This document shows, piece by piece, positions 23,049 through 33,921 of a DNA stretch of 64,000 nucleotides. The notes below the pieces were generated by a model. It did not search any database. It worked only from the letters and a program-made list of their open reading frames with translations, and was not told the origin of the DNA. Source of the stretch: Corallochytrium limacisporum Hawaii (lineage: Eukaryota; Protista; Pluriformea); assembly GCA_002811645.1 (NCBI GenBank), contig PDIP01000019.1, positions 41,163-105,162 on the forward strand, written 5' to 3'. The first letter of the stretch is position 1. Every line of letters begins with the position of its first letter. The position numbers were made by a program, and so were the translations under genes.

Positions 23049-24923
23049 ATGTGTGCAGCGGTAAAGCACCGTTCGAGGCATAGCCGGCGGAAAAGGAGAT
23101 TAAAGAAGAAGCACCGCAGATCTGCGAAATCTCTTGTGGAGGCGAGCCATAATTCTGTACACTCTCCTTCGATACTCGAGCAACTGGGCAAATTCGACAA
23201 TGTGGTCAAAGTAGCATCAGGTGCACATAGGAAGAAGAGTAAGAGCAGGACGCGGAAGGACAACAAGCGGAAACATAGGCAAACTCCAAATTCCATCGCA
23301 AACGGACTCCACAATACCTTGACTCACAGTTCAACACCACCTCCATCGTGCTCACAGGCTTCACCACCACCACTAAGGCGGCAGAAATTGAACAGATACG
23401 GCGACTCGGCGGCAAATAGCTACTTGGCCAATCCCGAAGAAGCGTATTCTCCCTCGAGCAACATCGCAGGACGGGCAACGGTTGTAAGCCCATTTACTCA
23501 AACTGTCCTGAAGTTCCTCCAACAGATTGGAAAGAAGACAAAGCTGCTACCTCAGGCCTCACAAGAACTACGCCAGGAGAAGATTACATTAGAAGAGCCT
23601 ACAGTGAACGATCTATTATCAGTGGAACGTGACCAAAGACGAAGGAAACGTAGGCACAAGGATAAGGAAAGGATCCAGCGGGAGCGAAAGCGACTGGATT
23701 TCGACGACAGTGATCAAGAGGACGATTACAGAGACAGTGGGAACAGATTGGCGCCACTCCACAGCAGACGCGCTAGCCCGATCGACTTGGAGACCCACTT
23801 CGGCCAGCCACAGAGCGTGCTGGACGTGTTCAACAAAGAGACACCGGGAAAGGCGCGGGAGACCCAAACCAGTAGGCCAACAAAGTCCCGGTCCCAAAGG
23901 AGACGCGAACGGAGGAAGACTAAACGAAGACGACACGATTCCGAAACAGTCCGCACGATGACAGATGGCGATACCATCGTCATACTCAGCAGTGATGAAG
24001 ACGACACCGCTGAGCATGGCCAGCAAGATCAAAGAAATGCCAAGAGCAAGGGCAAAGGAAACGACAACGGTCGTAGTCCTTACCTCTTACGAAACAGACC
24101 GTCATTGAGCTCCCCAGACACGACTTTCTCGGGTGGTGCGACCAAACATGACTTGGAATCTTTGGCACCTGCGCAATGGCTTAACGACGGAGTTATCAAT
24201 GCCTACCTAAGGCTGCTGGAACGGTATGTATACAATGTAGAAAGCCATGGCAGTAAACAGGGGATGGAATTAACAATACGGCCACGTGGTAAGGTCCGTT
24301 GCTTTAGTACCTTCTTCTGGCCATCCCTTCAGAAAGAAGGCGCGGAGGCAACCGTTAGATCGGGACGATGGACGCGCAGGTGTCCAGATCTGCTGCAGCG
24401 ACGCTACTGGCATTTCCCAATCCATTCAGGGGCACACTGGACCTTTGTCACTTGGAATGCGCGTGAAGGGAAACTCATCTTCATGGATTCAATGGGAGGA
24501 TCTGGAAACAGGGTCCTAAGACTTCTTGAAGAGTACATAAACCTGGAGATTTCAAACCAAGTGCTGAAGACTCCGTACACGGAGAAGACGAAGGGTACGG
24601 ATGACGCTGCAAACAGCATCAGTGCAGATGCCTTGGCTGCGCAAATGGAACGTTCCATGAACCTGGAGACTGACGAAGTGCCGTCTGCTGTCAGAGCAAA
24701 GGGAACTGTGCGAGCTATCCCTCGCCAGCGCAACGGTTACGATTGTGGTGTGTTCGTTTGTCAGTATGCAGTCTACATGTCACTAAAAATGGGCCGGCCT
24801 CCGGATCGGTGCTTCCAACAAGATGATATTGCTGAACTTCGCAAGGTCATGATCAAGGACCTCGAGGAAGACACCTTTGATAACACTGTAAGCTGGTATC
24901 AACAGAAATTGAGCAAGCGGTAA
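23049..24923 (+). CDS. SENP/Ulp family SUMO protease (peptidase C48)
   Basis: WLNDGVINAY, FSTFFW, PIHSGAHW (His), MDSMG (Asp), PRQRNGYDCGVFVC (Gln/Cys). Basic NLS-rich N-terminal half with a SIM-like IVILSSDEDD. Confidence 0.92.
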   Translation: MCAAVKHRSRHSRRKRRLKKKHRRSAKSLVEASHNSVHSPSILEQLGKFDNVVKVASGAHRKKSKSRTRKDNKRKHRQTPNSIANGLHNTLTHSSTPPPSCSQASPPPLRRQKLNRYGDSAANSYLANPEEAYSPSSNIAGRATVVSPFTQTVLKFLQQIGKKTKLLPQASQELRQEKITLEEPTVNDLLSVERDQRRRKRRHKDKERIQRERKRLDFDDSDQEDDYRDSGNRLAPLHSRRASPIDLETHFGQPQSVLDVFNKETPGKARETQTSRPTKSRSQRRRERRKTKRRRHDSETVRTMTDGDTIVILSSDEDDTAEHGQQDQRNAKSKGKGNDNGRSPYLLRNRPSLSSPDTTFSGGATKHDLESLAPAQWLNDGVINAYLRLLERYVYNVESHGSKQGMELTIRPRGKVRCFSTFFWPSLQKEGAEATVRSGRWTRRCPDLLQRRYWHFPIHSGAHWTFVTWNAREGKLIFMDSMGGSGNRVLRLLEEYINLEISNQVLKTPYTEKTKGTDDAANSISADALAAQMERSMNLETDEVPSAVRAKGTVRAIPRQRNGYDCGVFVCQYAVYMSLKMGRPPDRCFQQDDIAELRKVMIKDLEEDTFDNTVSWYQQKLSKR

Positions 24924-25315
24924 AGCTGGAGGGTTGCTTGTGAACAGAGAAATTTCACTGTGTTGTCATTCTGTGGCTATTTTAAAGACCAATTACAGAC
25001 TATTCAACTTCCTGCAGTTTCTCTTGGACTGTCTTGAGATGCCTTTGCATACGATCTCCAAGCTCATTCTTTACACAGCACGCCTGTGAAGCAACCGATG
25101 ATGGGGATTGCGAGTGCGGGAGACTGATAGGCGAAAGAGCATCCCTGGCAAGGTCGTACTTCCCGCAAGAACCGTAGGTGAGAGTTCAACTAGTAATTGT
25201 TCTGTGACTTCTGAAATTGTTGGGTCAACCCCCCCAGACAATGTGTAATATGATGTGATAGTAGGTTATGTTGGCTATGAGAGAGTCTGGTGTAACTGGT
25301 TGCTGATAGATTGAG

Positions 25316-27028
25316 CTATTCTCGTTCTCCCCGAACGTACACGAAGAGGTAGCCCTCAGTGGCACGGTCGTGCTCCGATGGTGCCAATCCCCGGTTGTGT
25401 TGGACCCGGCTTTCGTTTACGATAGAGTCGTTGTATGTCTGCCAGTGGTGTCCATCCAGAATGTCCGCAACGTAATGACCGACACTCACTGTTTCCCCCA
25501 TGTGTCGAACGACAGCCTTGAGCTTGTACTTATCGCCGCTGACCCGTTGTATTGGCCCGGTTGCGTTTTCCTTGCTCTCCGCTTTGTGTCTTTTGTTCGA
25601 TTGTGTAATTAGAGACCGAATATTCAGCTGGTAGCTCACAGAGATCTTATCGTGAATCTTTGTCACTGTGCTCCACTGTTTGGAATGCATAAATCGCTTT
25701 AGATGAAGGATTAATACTTTGGGCATCCTACTGATCCGTTCCCAGCGCCGCGCTTTGGCATGTCCACAGTGGTCACACCGCTTCTCAATCTCCTCCGGTT
25801 GGAAGCTAGAGCGCAAGCAGGAGTTGATCGTAACTGCAAGATGCTTGCGCCGATGTTCCTTGTAGTTCTGCGGTGGATTGAATGAAAAAATGGGCCTGCT
25901 CTCCGTGTTCACATTCAAGTGCTTGCAATTCAAACACTCATCGTTGATTTCGAGAGTTGTCTCAAACACATCATGCACTGGGTGAACAACTTTGACACGG
26001 TGGCCATCACTTTGCGCCAAACGATTTTCTTTACGGTTCTTCCCCGGTATGTTGTAATCCACGGATGTGTTTGAGGAGACCTCAGTCAGTGAAATATGTT
26101 TGCTCGTGGTCTGGAAAATCTCACCACACAGATCATCAATTTCTTTGCTCAGTGCGTCCAAGGTAACCAGCAGAAATTCATGAGCATCTTCCTGTTCATC
26201 GCCAACGGCAAAACCTGTCTCAGCTGATACCGCACTCTTCAGCACACTAGGATCACTGACCATGTTCGTGTTTTCCTCCCGATCTACGATTAAATCTAAC
26301 ATTGCCCAAAATATGCGACCTTGTACCCGCTTTGGATCTCGAATCTCCATTAAACGGACAAGAGCACTCTGCTGCATGGCCTTGGTAAACCTTCGCAGAC
26401 TTAAAAGACATATGAGAACGGCCCCGAGGTAGCAGGAATTGCCCAAATTTTGTACACCCGCGACCTTGGTCCGCGATTGAGTCAGTTCTATGGATGTCCG
26501 TGGTAAGCGGGGCCTCCGAACAGGCTTCGCTGGTAAAGAAGGATGAGGAGCGGGGTGCCGGTCAGATGGTGTGACTGCAGTCTGCTGACTTGCCAGGCGT
26601 TTGGTCTTCGTTTCTAGTTCCGCAGATTCTTCGTCACTCGTACCTAGTTTAAATGACGTGAGTTTCTTGGGTGACTTGCTAATGGTGGTGTTAATGGTGG
26701 TCGCGGACGGTCTAGTGAACAGTGTGTCCGTCAAGCCAATCGCGGGGATTGCTTTCGACGGTCCGCTGGCAGGCCTACGTTTTCTAGATCCCGTCGTGCG
26801 GTAGACGGCGCGTGTCTTTCCCACGAGGGGTGTTGCTGCGTAAGGTGATGAAGCACCCATTCGCCGCCGCTTACTCAGAGTAACACTGTACGGCGGACGT
26901 GCGAACCGCTTAACTGGGGAAGGGGACTCATCCTGATACATGTGCAGGAGTTTGTCTACTGGGCTGGTGATCCCCTTTTTCACAGTGATGCTACTAGGTC
27001 CGCTGTTAATACTACTACTGCGTTTCAT
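25316..27028 (-). CDS. Ubiquitin-specific protease (C19), USP37/26/29-like
   Basis: Cys box GVQNLGNSCY, EQEDAHEFL, zinc-ribbon CLNC/CDHC, LILHLKRF, His box HMGETVSVGHYVADI, WQTYNDS, GYLFVY. Confidence 0.9.
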   Translation of the reverse strand: MKRSSSINSGPSSITVKKGITSPVDKLLHMYQDESPSPVKRFARPPYSVTLSKRRRMGASSPYAATPLVGKTRAVYRTTGSRKRRPASGPSKAIPAIGLTDTLFTRPSATTINTTISKSPKKLTSFKLGTSDEESAELETKTKRLASQQTAVTPSDRHPAPHPSLPAKPVRRPRLPRTSIELTQSRTKVAGVQNLGNSCYLGAVLICLLSLRRFTKAMQQSALVRLMEIRDPKRVQGRIFWAMLDLIVDREENTNMVSDPSVLKSAVSAETGFAVGDEQEDAHEFLLVTLDALSKEIDDLCGEIFQTTSKHISLTEVSSNTSVDYNIPGKNRKENRLAQSDGHRVKVVHPVHDVFETTLEINDECLNCKHLNVNTESRPIFSFNPPQNYKEHRRKHLAVTINSCLRSSFQPEEIEKRCDHCGHAKARRWERISRMPKVLILHLKRFMHSKQWSTVTKIHDKISVSYQLNIRSLITQSNKRHKAESKENATGPIQRVSGDKYKLKAVVRHMGETVSVGHYVADILDGHHWQTYNDSIVNESRVQHNRGLAPSEHDRATEGYLFVYVRGERE

Positions 27029-27413
27029 GGTTGGTGACGATCCATACCTCAGATTTCATAAAGCTCTCGACATGGCTGGTCCGACCTGACATATCAGAGC
27101 TCTGTGTATCAACAGATTCATGGCATAGCCCCTGCTCCTGTTCGTGGCCCATGCATAGATCACCAACCAAAGTACCATTGTACCCGTGTACAACAAACCC
27201 TTCAAAGTTAGGGTCTCGGAGCCTTCGTCGAAAGAGCCCGCCTTGTGCACAATACACGCACATTTTGAGCTCACCCAACAGCGCATCACTCTTGGTTTGT
27301 GACGGCATTTGATCGCAATTGCAAAACGAAGAGATTGTTTTTCGCCCGAGGATATTATGTTTCGCCCCACAGTCGCCTCCCACTTTCAAAGATTTCGCGC
27401 GATGGTTTTCATT

Positions 27414-27520
27414 GGGGGGGGGGGGGCGGTTTCCGGATTTTCGCTTGCGAGCAATCCAACAACCCCCCCCCTCCCTGCCGCAGCAGTGAGGGGAGCCCAG
27501 TGGGGTGACCCACTGCGGTT
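27414..27520. repeat. 107-bp GC-rich dispersed repeat, copy 1 (divergent USP/F-BAR intergenic region)
   Basis: Identical at 106/107 positions to 49683-49789. Confidence 0.9.
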
Positions 27521-28101
27521 GCTGGGAGAAACCGTTAGTGGTCTCTCCCTGGCCTCCCCCCCCCCACACACCCGACCAACCATTCAACGTCTCTGAGGGA
27601 CGCGAGAAGCAGGGTGAGGCGGGGCGATTGAACCGTCGGCCCTCTTCCCTGACTTCCAGTACCAAAATAAATGGAAGAAAATTGCGCGCCAAAGTTTTGG
27701 TGCGGTGAGCAAGGGGGCCATTGGGTTACTGAAAGTGCGCCACTGCCGGGGGAGGTGGGAAGACCAATGGGAGGGCGTACCGGTACTGCTGCTATGGGGC
27801 CCCGCCTTCGAGGACGTTCAGTGGCTCACTGGCATCGACGGTATCTGTTGGCAGCGAACCAATTTTCCTGTGACTCTCGTTGCGTAGAGTGTCCGCTGGC
27901 GGTTGATTTGATATTGATGTAGGAAGCATTTGTGATACGCGGTTTTATTGTGGATAAATTTACTTGTGTAAGGCCATTCGGTGACCTCGCTGGTGTGATG
28001 CACAGGTACTAAGCTACGCATTCTAGTAATTTTAAGGACCCCAAATCAGCGACCTTCATCGTCGTGTTCACAGACGGGATCTCAGCACCAGAACAACAGA
28101 A

Positions 28102-29382
28102 ATGAGTGTTGCCAATTACAGCATGCACGGGCGGATGGACTCCCGGGTGTCCCATGCCAGCATATCTTCAGTCGCCAACCGCTCTTCGTTGTCCATGGCA
28201 CCGAACACACCCAAGTTGGACGATCACGGCAACGCCCTTTGGGTAGAGAATATGTGGGGCAGTGATGAATATTTGGGATACCAAAAGGTTCTGGCTAAGG
28301 TCAAAGCCGGCAAAGCTAATTCCAAGCAATTCCTTTCCTTCCTCAAGGCCAAGGCCCAATTAGAGGAACAGCATAGTAAGAAACTCACCATGTTGGCCAA
28401 GCAGGCCAGTACCGTTACAGAAGAGGACTCCGTGGGACAAGCATGGGACCAGTTCCTCTCGCAAACTGAAGCACAGGCCAATGTACACCTCGGATTGGCC
28501 AAGGCTCTACTCCAACTGGAAAGTCTCGGAACAGCTCTCCTCAACAAACAAACTGCCGTTCGCAAGGAACTCGGCAAGCGCGTACAGCAGGCACAGAACC
28601 AGCGCACCCAAGCCAAGAACAATCATGACAAGGCACTAAAAAACTATCAGATGAAGCACATGGAAGACAAGAGGCAAAAGCGAGCCGCCGCAGCGGGTGG
28701 AAATCTTGCCAAGAAGGAATGGCACGCGCGACAGAAAAAGGCCACCAAGGCCGGACAGACACATGCCCAGGCAAAGGGAGACTACGAAAAAGCAGTGGGT
28801 CTGCTGGAGCAGTCACGCATCAACTGGATTACTGAGACTGCTCGTGCATACACAGCCTTCCAAGCTCTGGAAGAGGACCGTCAGGGTTATATTCGTCAGC
28901 AGATGTGGGATTATACCAATGCCCTCAGTGAGAGCTTCATTGCCAACGACCAGGCCTGCGAGAACATCCGGTTGGCCCTGGAAGCATGCAATGTCCAGGA
29001 GGACATGCGCCAATGGCAGGCCCGGAATGCCACCGGTCAGGAGAAACCGCCGCAGATGCATGCCAAGAGCATCGAGGAGACAATGGGAGACTTGAATATG
29101 AGCAGTCTGAGCATTTCATCCACGCCCACAGGAGCGCACCATCATGAAGTGGAGAGCGGACAGGAAGTGTACGCAGATTTCGACGAGGACGCCGTGCCAG
29201 AACTAGACGAAGATCAATATTTCGTGGTCGGTGACTTTGACGCGCGACGCTCGGAGGAACTCTCTGTACGAGGAAATCAGGTAATTAGGGTGCTTGAGAG
29301 AGACAATGAGGACTTTTGGACTGCAGAGGCAGACGGAATGGTTGGCTTGGTGCCCGTGGCGCTCCTGGCCAAATTTGAATAA
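28102..29382 (+). CDS. F-BAR (FCH) + SH3 protein, PSTPIP/Cdc15-like
   Basis: FCH motif FLSFLKAKAQLEEQHSKKL, helical F-BAR body (AFQALEEDRQGYIRQQMWDYTN), C-terminal SH3 (DFDARRSEELSVRGNQVIRVLE...DFW...GLVP). Confidence 0.9.
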   Translation: MSVANYSMHGRMDSRVSHASISSVANRSSLSMAPNTPKLDDHGNALWVENMWGSDEYLGYQKVLAKVKAGKANSKQFLSFLKAKAQLEEQHSKKLTMLAKQASTVTEEDSVGQAWDQFLSQTEAQANVHLGLAKALLQLESLGTALLNKQTAVRKELGKRVQQAQNQRTQAKNNHDKALKNYQMKHMEDKRQKRAAAAGGNLAKKEWHARQKKATKAGQTHAQAKGDYEKAVGLLEQSRINWITETARAYTAFQALEEDRQGYIRQQMWDYTNALSESFIANDQACENIRLALEACNVQEDMRQWQARNATGQEKPPQMHAKSIEETMGDLNMSSLSISSTPTGAHHHEVESGQEVYADFDEDAVPELDEDQYFVVGDFDARRSEELSVRGNQVIRVLERDNEDFWTAEADGMVGLVPVALLAKFE

Positions 29383-29559
29383 ACTGACCCTATACCATCG
29401 TCTATCATTCAGTGAGGTGCATGCTTGGGTGAGAAGCGATATGAACTACCGTTGAGATCTGTCGACCCCCTCAACGGTGCACAAGAGCATGTCACATCCA
29501 TTTCCGGAATGCTGCAGTTCTGACAGTTACCTTGTTCCCATTACATGGGCTCCGCGGCC

Positions 29560-29850
29560 CGACGTCAAGAACGGCGACGATGCCAGCACTGGATGCTAAA
29601 CAACCTACAAGAGTTCGTCTTTCCTTCATTCCTTCTCTCGTTGGAATCATTGCCGGCAATGGAAACGTTTGCAAAGGGCTTTGGCAACATCTCTGCCGCC
29701 AAAAAGGTCCAACGTCTGCGGCAGGTTGCAATGTCCGGCCCATCGGGTCATACAGAATGCCCGGCCCCTCTAACCCTTTTCCCGTTTCAGAAGTGTTTCG
29801 GTTCAAAATCGCGTACCAGGCATCATTCCCAGGCCAATCTATCACATGGG
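29560..29850 (+). mobile_element. Eroded integrase-core fossil
   Basis: IPSLVGIIAGNGNVCKGLWQHLCRQKGPTSA resembles GxPxxIISDNGxxFxSxLWxxLCxxxG...TSAYHP; later IAYQASFPGQS. Confidence 0.4.
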
Positions 29851-31228
29851 CTACTAAAAACAGAATCGAACAAATCCATACAATGGGTACGCGGCCTCTA
29901 GGTATCTGGGCCAATTGATGTGTAGAATACTTCTCGGAGGACTGGTACATTCCAAACCACATCCACAATTCGCAGAAAGAGCAACCGACGTAAACGAAAA
30001 ATTGTGCCCCCGGGATAACAGCACAAACAAATGGAAATCAATTGATGTTTTTGCTTACGATCCCGCGACAGATCCAAGCCCCTCTCGGACGGCAAAAATG
30101 TCAGATCGCGCTCCCTCAACTGTCCGTGCTCTAGCTGTTTTGTCGTGGAATGTGTTTAGGCGCGAGGCGGCAATTTGGACAATTTTTTTTTCTCGCTCGA
30201 TTCATGGTTCCTATGTGTGCATGACGAAGAACGCGCCGCAAAGTCCACATTGGATTAAAGGGAGGATGGTCGCGCACTTGCACACGCACTGTTGCCCGTA
30301 TGCTATTTTGGTATCGCGGGTCCCCCCAACCCCCGCCCCTCCCCCTTCCCCCGTTCGCCCAAGATCTAGTCCAACCCTGAGACCAACAGGCACCTCAAAA
30401 CCCCCACAGACTCTTCCATAGGAAATGTATTTGGGCGAGAGCCCGGGAGAACAGCAAAGGTCTTTTTTTTTGTTTTTCCCGGTCGAAAGCGATGCCAGGG
30501 AAGTGTGAAGTGACGAAATCGTGGGCCCCGTGCAAATGATGCGATGCCCTCTGTCTTTCAAACCCGAACCATCAAAACGGCCTTCTTGCCCAAAAAAGGG
30601 AGTCCCAGGAAAATTTGGGGTCTTGGGGGGGGGGGGGGGTTGGTTTTCAATTTAGGCCGTCGCACCCCTCGTCAAGGGCCCAATTTTGTTGATGTGTGAG
30701 CAAGTTTTGTTTCTAATTTTGCCGGGCCACCCAGCCCCCGTTCCCAACTACCGTTTCCCCCCTCATGGGTTTCCCCAACCCCTTTCCAATATATTCATTA
30801 TTGAAAATAGGGGAGTCTATTTTCGCCTGACCTCACTGACCATGGGCGGTGATCGGGAAGAAACGTGAGCACGGGGCAAATGATTCAACAACTGGGGTGC
30901 TAATCACATTGCCTGTTCTTGTAATTCTTGAGCGAACAGTAACAAACGCCATACCTCCACCTGCCCTTAACTGCCCGCTTACGATAATTGCATCATACAA
31001 AATAAACTGTGATAATCGGATACCACTAGGGGGGGTGATGCCTAATATTTTATTGTTTTCCTGTTTGGGTCCTCCGGCCATCCCGCATTCTTGCGGACGT
31101 CAGACAAAAAAAAAATATACCGATCGTGTGTGCTCTGGGGCTAATTTACGTCGTAGCGGCGCTCTCAGAGATGGGGGGTAAGAGGGGTCGCCACAGTTGG
31201 CGGATTCTCGGTTCTCTGCCAGTGCTCA

Positions 31229-31284
<56 letters not shown>

Positions 31285-31296
31285 GTGTGCGTGTGC
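31229..31296. repeat. (GT)n microsatellite with GC interruptions, 68-nt alternating purine-pyrimidine tract
   Basis: Seen directly. Shorter (GT)n/(CA)n tracts lie at ~1784, 3501, 3613, 8447, 62865 and 63650-63725. Confidence 0.95.
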
Positions 31297-33921
31297 CCTG
31301 CCGTGTCCGAACGCATCTCTCAGCATTCTGTCCCTCTGTCTTCCAGGCGCACTGCTGGCACGGGGCCCGACGCAGGGAAGGGAAGGTGGGTTAGAGACCG
31401 GAGATGACCGCGACGGTGACAGTGAGGAACGAGGGAACGGGGTTCTGAGTGTGTGCCCAGGAAGACGGGCCTGGACAGATGGTCAGTGTGAAGGATTTTT
31501 GTAGCACAACCCAAGAGCGCGGAAGAAAACAGACGGTAGGCGGACTTACGAGCACGGGCGAACGTGTTCAAGATCGTGCGAGGGATGGACGGCATCACGG
31601 CCCGCTCGCGTTCTCGGGTCCTTTGTGTTCCTCTTTACCCTATTCTGTGTGTATTGTGGTTGCATGAATTGTGTCCCTTGCTTTCTCCATCGTTGTGTTC
31701 GGCCGGTGTGTTTTCATCCTTATCGCAACCCTGCCTCGTTAGTGAATGTACTAATGGTTTACTGTCTTCTATCCTTTCTGAGGCAAAACAGATCGGTCCC
31801 TTTAACCGGGGCAGGTGATGGCTCCCCGCAAAGGCGGGCCACTCGTGCCAAGCTGGGCAAACAGGGACGAGAGTTGATTTCCCGCAACGAGGGTCGCGGA
31901 CGGAAAGGTTGGTGGTGCGTGGTTCGATGGGCTCTGGTGCCGGGCACCGCTGCTATCTTGGGCGGCCCAGTTGGTGGTGAGCTCGTCGGAGAAGGAAGAG
32001 GGAGTGGGAGAGCGGGAGGGGGGAGCCAGGTGTACACAGGGATCCACGAACAAGCTTCGCTGGGTAGTGATACGCACGTTATGGAAGTTGACCAAAGAAA
32101 GCAAAGACCACCGGTGAAACAAGAGGGAGAGAGGGGGGGGGTGATATTTTGGTTGTGAAAAGACGTCAGAGGGACCCGACGGAGTGGAAGGGGAGGGAAG
32201 CGGAGAGAAGGGCAAACAGAAAGGCAGCGAAGGGGCACCACCGCAGAGAGAGAGAGTGTGTGTGTGTGTGAGGCAGTCAAGCACCCCAACCCAACCCAGC
32301 AAGGGAGGTCAGGGCAACGCAAGCGAGTTTTAGCAGGATTGTGTGTTCTGTACGAATCACCGCACTCTTAACTTCGTTTCGACCCCTCCAGATGACCATT
32401 AATGATATAATGATATACATAATATATTAGGATTATGCAAAGTGTTTTATATGTGACCATGACAGTACATCTCCTAAGAAAGGGGTGCGGCGGGCAAGCG
32501 CAGAGAGAAACAAAAGACGGCGAGTGGCAGCGACAATGGCAGTTGAGAGAGGGGAGAGAAAGGAGCGGAAAAAGAAGAAGAAGTGACATGGGTCGTCGCT
32601 TCGAAAAGATTAACGGTTAGATCTTTGTAAAATCAATGCCGGGGAGTTGGTTTGACCCGGTGCAAGAAATAGAAGGAAGGGACTTGAGGTAGGAGACAAA
32701 CAGAAAAAGAAGGAGAGAGGGGCGAGGGTTAGAGGAAGGAGGGGTCAGGCAACTACAGGAGAGGGGGGGGGTGGGGGAAAAGCAAGCAAGCAGGAGACAA
32801 AAAAAATAAGGTGGAGGTGGCAAAAAAAAGAAAAAACCAAAAGGGGGTTTGAAAGATTTTGAACTCAAGGGGAATGGTGGTGTGGGTAAAGAAGAAAATC
32901 AACAGCTGCCAAACCGGAAAAAAAATAGAACATAATTGGGCCGAGGAGAGGGGTAAAGCGACGAGGGCAGCAGTCGCGAACAAACTCTCTCACCCGAGCA
33001 TGGTCCCCTCGTACCGATCAAAATAGACTTTCATTCGTTTGTTTCTCCATTTCTCGCCTCTCAAATAGCCATAATTTCAATGCGCAACCGAGGTTCGGAA
33101 AGATCCCTGTTGCCCTCGGGTCCCTGTCTACCGCTGTCTGGGAGCGTGCCACTCTTTCCGCGGGTTGACAACGCACACGAGAAAGATCAAGAGGGACCAG
33201 GGGCAGTAGCTCCTCCGTCGCGCACCGCCCCCGGGGGGGGGGGGGTGTTGTCTACTGTGTACGGTGACAATAGGTCCGCCACTTCCATGGGTCATCCATA
33301 CTTTCCATAACCAGGCCGTCGGATATTGATTGTACATGATAACAAAATTGGTTTGCCATCGGGTTCTCCCCCCTTCCCCTCCCCCCCACCGGGCACGGTG
33401 GAATGAAGCCCGCAAATGGATTGATTTTGGGGAGAGGGGAATTTGTGAGTCAAAAGGAAACAAAGAGGGGAGAAGGTTGGGCGGAGGTTGAGTGCGGGGG
33501 GGAGAGAGAGGGTAAGCAGCGACAAGGGGAGGTTGGGGGCGGTGGTGTCTGTTCCGGGAACACGGTGACGACGGGCCAGTGGGCCACACTTTCTGCGGAG
33601 AGAGGTCTAAGTTTACTTTTGGTTCTGTTTTGTGCGCGATGGAGAGAGTGAGACCTATCATTGTGGCGAAAAATCAACATACCGCTCTGCCTGCCTGTAA
33701 AGCTTCGTGTCGAGAGCGCATAAAGTAGGAGTTCTCGTCGTCGTACTTGAGAAGCTTTCAAGGGCCATAAGTCAGATACACGTGAGTTACTTATCGTGCT
33801 ACACAAAGATCACCTTGGAACTGCTAGCCGGTTCTAGACGCCAGGGACGATCAAAAAGATACTCCTATGTTCACATGACATAGGCACCATACAAATTAAT
33901 CAGATCGCTTACACAAAGACA

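Noticed and set aside
29545-29901. 118-aa ATG ORF as an orphan gene
   Set aside because: No recognisable domain; the overlapping frame reads better as an integrase fossil.
30849-31181. RH-start-like LITLPVLVILE...PLGGVM
   Set aside because: Lacks the DAS motif and downstream RH motifs.
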